From NCBI GenBank assembly GCA_963765495.1, contig CAVXWP010000012.1:32001-96000 (forward strand): 64,000 bases of DNA. The letters are read 5' to 3'. This document shows positions 29,871 to 38,022 of the stretch, in pieces. Made by a program: the position numbers and the translations under genes. A model generated the notes under the pieces. It ran no database searches. It was not told where the DNA came from and was given only the letters and a program-made list of their open reading frames with translations. Numbering within the stretch: the first letter of the stretch is position 1; every line of letters starts with the position of its first letter. This stretch comes from Blastocatellia bacterium (GTDB lineage: Bacteria; Acidobacteriota; Blastocatellia; UBA7656).

Positions 29871-30653
29871 ATGAACATAGTCGTTTGTTTGAAGCAGGTG
29901 CCGAAAAAAGATTCGATCCTGAGGATCGCGCCCGATGGAAAATGGATTGACGAGCGCGACATCAGTTATGAAATGAGCGAGGCCGACGCCTACGCGCTCG
30001 AAGAGGCGCTCAGACAGAAAGAGAAACACGGGGGCGAAGTCATAGTGATCTCGTGCGGGCCTGAGCGGGTGAGGCAGTCAATCAAAGAAGCGCTCGCAAA
30101 GGGCGCGGACCGCGCCATCCACCTTCACGATCCCATCTTTGACACTGCTACGGATGCTCAAGCTTTAGGGCGGCTGCTTGCCGCCGCGCTCAAGGACGAG
30201 AAATTCGATCTGGTCTTTACCGGCCTGCAATCGGATGATTACGGTTACGCGCAGGTGGGTCTTATCATCGCCGAGCGACTCGGGATAGCCTCGGCTACAA
30301 TCGTCATGGAAGTACAGCCGGAGGCACCTTCGGTGCGGGTAAAGCGCGAGCTTGAGAGCGGATGGTTTCAGTGGGTTAAGGTGCCTATGCCTGCGCTGCT
30401 CACGATCCAATCCGGCATCAATCAGCTTCGATACGCCACACTCAAAGGCATCATGGCGGCGAAGAAAAAAGAGATACGAGAAGTCAAGGCGGCTGACCTC
30501 GGCTTGACGGCCGAAGACCTCAAACCCGGTCAGACAATCGAGCGCACATACCTGCCCGAAAAATCGAAACAGACCGAAATGATCGAAGGCAAGCCATCCG
30601 AGATCGCGGCCAAGCTGGTTGAGAAACTGCGCTTCGACGTGAGAGTCATCTGA
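29871..30653 (+). CDS. etfB: Electron transfer flavoprotein beta subunit
   Basis: VCLKQVP, YALEEAL, GADRA, LRYATLKGIM. Confidence 0.93.
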   Translation: MNIVVCLKQVPKKDSILRIAPDGKWIDERDISYEMSEADAYALEEALRQKEKHGGEVIVISCGPERVRQSIKEALAKGADRAIHLHDPIFDTATDAQALGRLLAAALKDEKFDLVFTGLQSDDYGYAQVGLIIAERLGIASATIVMEVQPEAPSVRVKRELESGWFQWVKVPMPALLTIQSGINQLRYATLKGIMAAKKKEIREVKAADLGLTAEDLKPGQTIERTYLPEKSKQTEMIEGKPSEIAAKLVEKLRFDVRVI

Positions 30654-30766
30654 TTTTGGATTTTGGATTTTGGATTGACGATGCGAAAGGCAGGTTTAGC
30701 TTCTGGTTATAAATCCAAAATCGCGCCGCGACGAAGTCGCATCATGCGCCACGAAAATCCAAAATC
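30652..30766. repeat. Inverted heptamer array (GATTTTG)n ... (CAAAATC)n between etfB and etfA
   Basis: Left array 30652-30676 begins in the etfB stop; right array is split into 30712-30722 and 30755-30766. Confidence 0.88.
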
Positions 30767-30781
30767 CCAGAGGGGGGATTG

Positions 30782-31774
30782 ATGAGCGAAGGAATACTAC
30801 TTTTCATTGAGCAAAGAGACGGCGTGCTGAATCGCACTTCATTTGAAGCGATGGTTGCGGCTCAACGGATTGCAACGGAGACGGGCGATAAAGTATCTGC
30901 CGTCGTGCTTGGCAAAGGCATATCGAATGTCGCCCAGGAAGTGGCCGCAAAAAAGCTCGAAACCGTCTATACGGTCGAGGACGACAAGCTTGCCAGCTAC
31001 ACGCCTGACGGATATGTGGGCGCGCTCAGGCAGGTCGTTGAAAAACTCGATCCGCGATATGTCATCCTGAGCCACACTTATCGCGTGCGCGATTTCGCGC
31101 CGAGGCTTGCCGTGGCGCTTGGCAAATCGTTTGTGACCGACTGCATAGCCATTCGTGGTGAAGGTAGCGAAATGGTCTTTACGCGGCAGGTCTTTCAGGG
31201 CAAGATCAACACGGATGTTCGAGTCGAAGCCGCCCCGCCTGTGTTTGTATCATTTCAGGCTGGCTCATACAGAGCGGACCTTGCCGAAGCGGGAGACGCA
31301 ACCGCGCCCGTCAAATCGTTTGAGGTGAATATGGCCGATGTCAATATTCGCACCGAGAACGAAGAGCCGTTTCAGGAAGCCAAACAGGCGGTTGACCTCA
31401 CGCAGGCACCGCTCATCGTGGCCGTGGGCCGGGGTATCAAGAGCGAAGAGAACATCGCGATTGTCAAGGAACTGGCAGAAGCACTCGGAGCCGAGATTGC
31501 CGCCTCGCGCCCTATCTGCGATAACGAATGGCTGCCAATGGACCGCCAGATAGGAAGCTCCGGCCAGACCGTAGCGCCAAAACTCTACTTGGCCGTAGGC
31601 ATCTCAGGCGCGATTCAGCACGTGGTCGGCATGAAAAATTCTCAGACGATAGTCGCCATAAACAAAGACCCCGAAGCGCCTATCTTCGATCTGGCCGATT
31701 ACGGGATCGTGGGCGACCTGTTCGAAATAGTGCCCGCGCTCACAGCCGAGATTCGCCAGGCCAAAGGACAGTGA
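30782..31774 (+). CDS. etfA: Electron transfer flavoprotein alpha subunit
   Basis: VGRG, AASRP, QIGSSGQTV, GISGAIQH and AINKD motifs. Confidence 0.95.
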   Translation: MSEGILLFIEQRDGVLNRTSFEAMVAAQRIATETGDKVSAVVLGKGISNVAQEVAAKKLETVYTVEDDKLASYTPDGYVGALRQVVEKLDPRYVILSHTYRVRDFAPRLAVALGKSFVTDCIAIRGEGSEMVFTRQVFQGKINTDVRVEAAPPVFVSFQAGSYRADLAEAGDATAPVKSFEVNMADVNIRTENEEPFQEAKQAVDLTQAPLIVAVGRGIKSEENIAIVKELAEALGAEIAASRPICDNEWLPMDRQIGSSGQTVAPKLYLAVGISGAIQHVVGMKNSQTIVAINKDPEAPIFDLADYGIVGDLFEIVPALTAEIRQAKGQ

Positions 31775-31777
31775 TGG

Positions 31778-31910
31778 AGGGGGCCGGGGGTCGGGGGCCG
31801 GGGGCCGGTGATTACATATCGGCATATGGTCTAAAATTCTCCAGATGTATTTCAAAAACCGGCCACAGAAAAACAACTACCGGCCCCTGGCCCCCGACCC
31901 CCGGCCCCCT
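31778..31910. repeat. Inverted heptamer array (GGGGGCC)n ... (GGCCCCC)n between etfA and ETF-QO
   Basis: 32-bp arms at 31778-31809 and 31879-31910, complementary except for one G-U pair; AT-rich spacer. Confidence 0.93.
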
Positions 31911-31918
31911 TAAAGATT

Positions 31919-33598
31919 ATGGCAATTGAGAGAGAACAACTTGAAATGGATGTCCTGCTTGTGGGAGCAGGACCGGCTAATCTATCGTGCGCGCTCCATC
32001 TGGCCAACCTGATTTCGGCGCACAACGAACGCGCAAAACAGGGGGGCGGAAAGCCTCTGGGCGATGTCGAGATCGCCGTGATAGAGAAGGCCGCGGAAAT
32101 AGGCGCGCACCAGCTTTCAGGAGCGGTGCTTGATCCCGTAGCGCTTCGTGAACTCATCCCGGATTTCGAAAAAGACGCGCCGCTTGAAGCGCCTGTGGGC
32201 AGCGAAAAGGTGTACTTTTTGACCGAGAGCGGGAAGCTGTCGGCTCCGATGATCCCGCCGCCGCTTCGCAATCACGGCAACTACGTCATATCGCTTAATA
32301 AGCTCGTAGTGTGGCTGGCCGGGAAATGCGAAGCGGCGGGCATCAATATCTTTCCTGAATTCCCGGGCTGGGAAATGCTCTACGAGGGCGATCAGGTCAC
32401 GGGCGTGCGGACGGGCGACAAGGGTATAGACAAAAACGGGAAGCCAAAACCCAATTTCGAGCCCGGCGTGGACATCCTCGCAAAGGTGACCGTGCTCGGA
32501 GAGGGCGTGCGAGGCTCGCTCACCAAACAACTCGTCAATCATCTGGGCCTTGACCGCGAGAGCGAGCCCCAGGTTTATTCGGTCGGCGTCAAAGAACTAT
32601 GGGAAATGCCCGATGACAGGTTTGCGGCGGGCTCGGTGATTCACACGCTGGGCTGGCCACTGGATTCGCACACATTCGGCGGGTCGTGGGTTTACGGCAT
32701 GCGCGACCGGATCATCGACATAGGGCTCGTGGTCGGTCTCGATTATCGAGACCCGCGAATCGACCCGCATCACGAGTTTCAAAGATTCAAGACCCACCCG
32801 CTTGTAAAAGACCTGCTCAAGGGCGGAAAGATGATCCGCTACGGAGCAAAGGCCATGCCCGTGGGCGGCTGGTACACGATGCCGCAGTTGAGCGCGGATG
32901 GAGTGATGATTCTGGGCGATTCGGGCGCGATGCTCAACGGCGAGCGGCTCAAGGGGATTCACACGGCGATAAAAGCCGGGATACTTGCCGCCGAGACGAT
33001 TCTGGAGGCTCTTATAGCTGGCGATCACTCGCGCAACAAACTGGGCGCTTTTGATAAGAAGCTGAAAGAGAGCTACGTCGGACGCGAGCTTTATCGCTCG
33101 CGCAATTTCCATCAGGCATTTGATAGAGGCCGTTTCGTTGGGCTTGCCATTTCGGGACTTTCGACCGTTTCGGGCGGGCGCTTCCCGTCGCGGCTTGCGA
33201 TCAAGGCCGGTCATCAGCATATGCGAAAGCTTGCCGATGTTGATGGAGCAGGCGACCGCTACAATGATCTCAAATACGATGATGAGATCACATTTGCCAA
33301 GCTGACCGATGTCTATTATTCGAGCACGCATCACGACGAGGATCAGCCGTCTCATTTAAAGGTGCTCGATACAAACATCTGCGTCGATCGCTGCACAAAG
33401 GAATACGGCAACCCTTGCGAGAATTTCTGCCCGGCAAATGTCTATGAGATGGTCGAGGCCGGAGAGGGCCAGCGAAGGCTTCAGGTGAATTTCTCGAATT
33501 GCGTGCATTGCAAGACGTGCGACATCATGGACCCGTATCAAATCATAAACTGGGTTCCACCCGAAGGCGGCGGCGGGCCGAATTATCGCAACATGTGA
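31919..33598 (+). CDS. Electron transfer flavoprotein-quinone oxidoreductase
   Basis: VGAGPA FAD motif, HQLSGA, KGIHTA, 4Fe-4S CPANVY...CVHCKTC and GGGPNY. Confidence 0.95.
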   Translation: MAIEREQLEMDVLLVGAGPANLSCALHLANLISAHNERAKQGGGKPLGDVEIAVIEKAAEIGAHQLSGAVLDPVALRELIPDFEKDAPLEAPVGSEKVYFLTESGKLSAPMIPPPLRNHGNYVISLNKLVVWLAGKCEAAGINIFPEFPGWEMLYEGDQVTGVRTGDKGIDKNGKPKPNFEPGVDILAKVTVLGEGVRGSLTKQLVNHLGLDRESEPQVYSVGVKELWEMPDDRFAAGSVIHTLGWPLDSHTFGGSWVYGMRDRIIDIGLVVGLDYRDPRIDPHHEFQRFKTHPLVKDLLKGGKMIRYGAKAMPVGGWYTMPQLSADGVMILGDSGAMLNGERLKGIHTAIKAGILAAETILEALIAGDHSRNKLGAFDKKLKESYVGRELYRSRNFHQAFDRGRFVGLAISGLSTVSGGRFPSRLAIKAGHQHMRKLADVDGAGDRYNDLKYDDEITFAKLTDVYYSSTHHDEDQPSHLKVLDTNICVDRCTKEYGNPCENFCPANVYEMVEAGEGQRRLQVNFSNCVHCKTCDIMDPYQIINWVPPEGGGGPNYRNM

Positions 33599-33653
33599 AA
33601 GGATAAAGGATGAATGCGGCGCATCCAGCGCCGCATTCATCCTTTATCCTTTC
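33597..33653. terminator. Perfect 26-bp hairpin with AAAGGAT heptamer arms
   Basis: GAAAGGATAAAGGATGAATGCGGCGC-ATCCA-GCGCCGCATTCATCCTTTATCCTTTC, starting inside the stop codon. Confidence 0.8.
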
Positions 33654-33711
33654 CTCTTCCTTTGCCCTGATTTATGCATTAAATTAAATATAAGGAAATA
33701 CTGAGAGGCTT

Positions 33712-34623
33712 ATGGAACAGTCTATAGAACTCGTGGGAAAGAAATACTGCGTATTTGAGCCGATTGTGCCCCGGATCGAATCCATGCGCGTAGTGCTGGT
33801 GGATGATCTGATCAAAACGGCGGATGATTTTTCGGATGTGGCTCGAAGCGCTCCCGCATTCGATGCCGAAAAATGGGTTCGCCTCGAGCGAAAGATCGCA
33901 TCGCTTGCCATGGGCAATATCGAAAACCATGTTCATAAGCTTGTCAAAAATCCCGATGTCCGCACCGTCCACCTTTCCGAGCTGGACGATGATCTTATAA
34001 ACGATTTCAACCCCGATGCCATCGTGATGAGCGGCACGCTCAGAGACTTCGACTATTACAATCCCGCCTTGATCGAAGCTTTCAATCGCTTTATCCGGCG
34101 CAACAGAGTGCCGGTGCTTGCCATCTGTGGAGGCCATCAGCTTGTCGGTCAGGCTTATGGCGCTACGATTGTCACGCTTGATAAAAAGCTGCCTGCCGAG
34201 CGGAGAGATGATCGCATTTACGAATATCAGTACCGCTTCGTCAAAATAACCGATGCCGATGACCCGATATTTGCCGGGATCGGCGAGCGCAATGACCATC
34301 GCTGGCAGAAATACACAAATCGCCGCCACATGCTGCGCGTTTGGCAAAATCACGGATTGCAACTCGATCACCTGCCCGAAGGATTCAGACAACTGGCCAG
34401 GGGATATCTTTCCGAAGTGCAGATGATGGTGCTTCGAACAAGCGATCAGTTGATTTATGGCGTGCAATTTCATATCGAAAAATCGTTCCAGGATTGGCAA
34501 TACGACAAATATTGGGAGCATCGCAACGAGAGCCGCGACGGACGATTGATATTCGATAATTTCCTGGTCGAAGCTCTGCGCTTCCACGGTAAGCAAGCTC
34601 TTTTACATCAAACCATTCAATAG
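33712..34623 (+). CDS. Class I glutamine amidotransferase-like protein
   Basis: MSG oxyanion, ICGGHQL nucleophile, GVQFHIE (H-x-E). Confidence 0.85.
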   Translation: MEQSIELVGKKYCVFEPIVPRIESMRVVLVDDLIKTADDFSDVARSAPAFDAEKWVRLERKIASLAMGNIENHVHKLVKNPDVRTVHLSELDDDLINDFNPDAIVMSGTLRDFDYYNPALIEAFNRFIRRNRVPVLAICGGHQLVGQAYGATIVTLDKKLPAERRDDRIYEYQYRFVKITDADDPIFAGIGERNDHRWQKYTNRRHMLRVWQNHGLQLDHLPEGFRQLARGYLSEVQMMVLRTSDQLIYGVQFHIEKSFQDWQYDKYWEHRNESRDGRLIFDNFLVEALRFHGKQALLHQTIQ

Positions 34624-34684
34624 ATGTCGCGCATCTCTCGCATGGTCTGGTATATCTCGGATACTTCAGTTTTCGGAGGTTTTC

Positions 34685-36247
34685 ATGAAGAGGGTTTTAT
34701 CAGTTATTTTTATGGCATTCATAATCTGCTCATTGGCCGCCGTGACGCTCGCCGGTCAGACACCGAGCGCGCCGCAAGACAAAACGCAACAGGCGACAAC
34801 ACCCGCCGATAAAAAAGATGATAAAAAAGAGGTTAAGAAGGAAGAGGATTGCGGCTGCGAGGCAAAGACTCCGCCCCCCGATGTGCTGGCCGAGGTCAAC
34901 GGCGTAAAAATCTCTATCAAGGACGTGGACGAGGCCATCAGGAGTCAGGTCGAGGAGCTTCAAAAGCAGGTGATCGAGGCGCGCCAGCAGGAACTCAATG
35001 TACTGATCAATTCGAAGCTGCTCGACGCGGAGGCGAAAAAGCGCGGCACGACGGCTGACGAGATGATCAAAACCGAAATCGTCGCGAAGATAACGGAACC
35101 GACCGAAGCCGAGGCGCAGGCATTCTATAATCAGAATAAGAGTCAGATTCAGGGCGAGTTTGCCGAGGTGAAGGGGCAAATAATCAACTACCTTCGCGGA
35201 TTGAAAGAACAGGAACTCGGCAGCAAGCTTGCCCAGCAATTACGCGCCGCTGCGGATGTAAAAGTCCTTGTCGAAGACGTTTTGCCGCCTGTGAGCGAAG
35301 CCGACCGCGCCCGCGTACTTGCCACCATAAACGGCGCGCCGATCACTTCGGGCGAGGTTGAAGATTCGCTAAAACCGATAATCGCCGAAGTGCAGGAGCA
35401 AATTTATACCCTGCGGCAGAGACAGGTGGAACTGCGCATAAACGATATGCTGCTCGAAGCCGAGGCGAAGAAACGCAATGTCACCGGGCAGGCCCTTTTT
35501 GAATCTGAGGTCTTGCCAAAGACAAAAAAAGTGACCGAAGAAGAGGCGCAGGTTTTTTATACGCAGAACAAAGAGAAGATCAACGGCGAGTATGCTCAGT
35601 TAAAAGACCAGATCATCAAATACTTGCAGGAGATCGAACAGGACAAGGCTGAAACGGCCTTTGCCGATCAACTCCGCAAAGGGGCAAAGGTCCAGATATT
35701 TTTGACCCCGCCCGACCCGCCCGCCTATCAGATAGCCATAGACGATCAACCCTGGAAGGGTGGAGCCAATGCTCCCGTCACAATAGTAGAGTTCACCGAC
35801 TATGAATGCCCTAGTTGCGCCTTTAGCCAGCCCGCGCTCGATGAGGTGGTAAAGGAGTTTGGCGACAAGGTAAAGCTCGTAGCGCGCGATTATCCGCTCA
35901 GCATGCACGCGCATGCGGCGAAAGCCGCCGAGGCCGCCGAAGCCGCCCGCGAACAGGGCAAATACTGGGAATACACGGCTCTTCTGTTTCAGAACCAGGG
36001 CAAGCTTGAGATCGAAAACCTGAAACAGTATGCGACCCAGTTGCAACTGGATAGAAAAAAATTCGACGAGGCGCTCGATTCCGGCAAGTTTGCCGATAAG
36101 GTGCAGCGAGACCTACAGGACGGCTACAAGATAGGAGTCAATTCGACGCCTTCGGTATTCATCAACGGCAAGCGCGTCAGAGACAGGACAAAAGAAAGCC
36201 TGAAAGCAGCCATAGAAGCCGCTCTCAAGGAATTAGCCAAGAAATAA
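34685..36247 (+). CDS. DsbA-family thioredoxin with duplicated N-terminal SurA-like helical domain
   Basis: Signal peptide; two similar modules (LAEVNG.../LATING...); EFTDYECPSC, DYPL, GVNSTP. Confidence 0.88.
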   Translation: MKRVLSVIFMAFIICSLAAVTLAGQTPSAPQDKTQQATTPADKKDDKKEVKKEEDCGCEAKTPPPDVLAEVNGVKISIKDVDEAIRSQVEELQKQVIEARQQELNVLINSKLLDAEAKKRGTTADEMIKTEIVAKITEPTEAEAQAFYNQNKSQIQGEFAEVKGQIINYLRGLKEQELGSKLAQQLRAAADVKVLVEDVLPPVSEADRARVLATINGAPITSGEVEDSLKPIIAEVQEQIYTLRQRQVELRINDMLLEAEAKKRNVTGQALFESEVLPKTKKVTEEEAQVFYTQNKEKINGEYAQLKDQIIKYLQEIEQDKAETAFADQLRKGAKVQIFLTPPDPPAYQIAIDDQPWKGGANAPVTIVEFTDYECPSCAFSQPALDEVVKEFGDKVKLVARDYPLSMHAHAAKAAEAAEAAREQGKYWEYTALLFQNQGKLEIENLKQYATQLQLDRKKFDEALDSGKFADKVQRDLQDGYKIGVNSTPSVFINGKRVRDRTKESLKAAIEAALKELAKK

Positions 36248-36327
36248 GCCGTAGAATAAACTTTGACATCGCTTTCTTACTATTTTGCAGTCTCAGCGCA
36301 ATGTTCTATAATTGCCTGACGTGATTT

Positions 36328-36639
36328 GCCGGGGTGGTGGAATGGCAGACACAGAGGACTTAGTTGTTTGAGCACGTCGAATGGAAACACCGGCGTGAAT
36401 GGAGTCAAACTCGGTGAACCCTTAACAGGTAGGGCTGATGGCAACGCCGAGCTAAGGTCGGTAACACGCAGGCCGACAAAGTGTAGAGACGAGACGGCTC
36501 CCTCCTAAACATCCCTCGTGATGCACGGAGAAGGCATCGTCCAGACCACAAACTGCGATCAGGGCAGGTAGCGAAAGCTATAGTGGTAAGAAAATCCTCT
36601 GGGCGCAAGCCCGTGCGGGTTCGAGTCCCGCCCTCGGTA
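36328..36639 (+). tRNA. trnL-UAA: tRNA-Leu(UAA), intron-containing; exons 36328-36361 and 36591-36639
   Basis: Acceptor GCCGGGG/CCTCGGT, D-loop TGGAATGGCAGAC, spliced anticodon arm GAGGA-CTTAAAA-TCCTC, long variable arm GGGC-GCAA-GCCC, T-arm GCGGG-TTCGAGT-CCCGC; CCA not encoded. Confidence 0.96.
36362..36590 (+). ncRNA. Group I intron (IC3-like, 229 nt, no ORF) in the tRNA-Leu anticodon
   Basis: Follows U34 and ends in G. P1 CUU^AG/UUGAG with U-G pair; P3 GGAGTC/GGCTCC; P4 CTCGG/CCGAG; R GTGTAGAGACGA; P7 GACGA/TCGTC; P9 GTAGC-GAAA-GCTAT. Confidence 0.93.
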
Positions 36640-36723
36640 TCCTTTATGCGATCCGGCACTCTCGCTCCGGGTCGCATCATCGCTCTTGCGACCTTCCCGC
36701 CCAAAACCATATAACTTCTCAGG

Positions 36724-38022
36724 ATGAAAAAGCGCGCTCGTCTATTACTGGCAATCGTACTTGCAATCGCGGTCGCGCTCCTGGGCCTCGTCTTTATCCG
36801 CAAATTGATAGATTTTCCGGTCTATTACAGAGCCGGGCGCTCGCTCATCGAAGGCCGCACGGACCTTTACGCGGTGGATTTCGCGCTGGGCCGCGTGATG
36901 GATTACAGATATCCTTCCTTTTTTCTCATAGCCCTATATCCTCTGTGGCTTTTGCCTTACGGCGTGGCCGCCTATCTTTGGTATCTGTTTTCCGTCTCCC
37001 AGATTGCCGCATCCGTTACTGCGCTCAACCGCGTGGTCGCTCCCTACAGACCGTCGAAAACCGTGTGGATCGTTTCCGGTTTTGCCGTGGCTGAGTACTT
37101 CGTGATGATACTGCATTACGGCAACGCGCATCTTCTGGCCGTCTCGTTGCTGTTTGTCTCTTTCTATCTGGCCGGGCGGCGCAAGACTGTATGGGCGGCG
37201 CTTTTGATGGCGCTCTCGATTACGATAAAGCTGACTCCCGTATTGCTGCTTCCCTACTTTGCCCTGAAGAAACAATGGAAATTCCTTGGGCTTGTCGGCG
37301 CGTTTCTGGTGGCAGTCAACCTCGTGCCTGCCGCATATTTCGGTTTTGGTCAGAACGCCCGGCTGCTCGGACAGTGGTACGAGAAAGTAATCGCAGAGCA
37401 GGAATTCCACGAAACGAACGGCCCCATAAACCTGTCGCTCAAAGGGCAGCTCAGACGTTGCTTCACCGATGTGGACTACGCCGAAAGAGTTGATGGAGAC
37501 ACCCGCTATCCGGCGGTGAATGTCGCGTCTTTCACTTTCGAGCAAACGGATAGAGTCTGGATAGCCGTTTCAGCCTGTCTGTATCTTTTCGTCCTTGCGT
37601 TGATCTGGCGAAGATCGCGCTTTAGCGGAGACCGTACAGGCGATAGCGTAAGACTCGACCCCGTCGAATTTGGCTTGATGATTTGCCTGATGTTGTTTGT
37701 CGGACCGCTTACTTCAAAAATTTACTTCATAGCCTTGTTGTGGCCTGTGGTCTACCTTGCCGTCTTCGCATTCAAGGGCTCTGCCGCAGAAGCGAGGTGG
37801 GGAAAGCTCGTTTTGACGGTTGTATTGGTTGCTAATGTAGTCTTGCCTTTGCTGCCCGGGCGTTCAACTCAGCGGCTGCTTCTTGTGCTGGGGGTTGATT
37901 TTTATCTAAACGCTCTATTGTTTGCATCGCTGATTTATCTGGCTCGGTCTCGGTCGTGGGCGCTTCAAGCGTCAGGCGGCGAATTGCAAACACAAGCCCT
38001 GCCATCAACCAGAACGCCATGA
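36724..38022 (+). CDS. GT-C glycosyltransferase (GT87/DUF2029-like)
   Basis: DFPVYY, YRYP, GN and IKLTP motifs; many TM helices. Confidence 0.82.
   Translation: MKKRARLLLAIVLAIAVALLGLVFIRKLIDFPVYYRAGRSLIEGRTDLYAVDFALGRVMDYRYPSFFLIALYPLWLLPYGVAAYLWYLFSVSQIAASVTALNRVVAPYRPSKTVWIVSGFAVAEYFVMILHYGNAHLLAVSLLFVSFYLAGRRKTVWAALLMALSITIKLTPVLLLPYFALKKQWKFLGLVGAFLVAVNLVPAAYFGFGQNARLLGQWYEKVIAEQEFHETNGPINLSLKGQLRRCFTDVDYAERVDGDTRYPAVNVASFTFEQTDRVWIAVSACLYLFVLALIWRRSRFSGDRTGDSVRLDPVEFGLMICLMLFVGPLTSKIYFIALLWPVVYLAVFAFKGSAAEARWGKLVLTVVLVANVVLPLLPGRSTQRLLLVLGVDFYLNALLFASLIYLARSRSWALQASGGELQTQALPSTRTP

Noticed and set aside
36600-36724. tRNA as integration site of a genomic island
   Set aside because: No integrase and no duplicated tRNA 3' end was seen in the window.
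36326-36803. ORFs 36326..36508 (+) and 36405..36803 (-) as an intron-encoded endonuclease
   Set aside because: They overlap tRNA exons and the ribozyme core, and show no LAGLIDADG, HNH or GIY-YIG motif.
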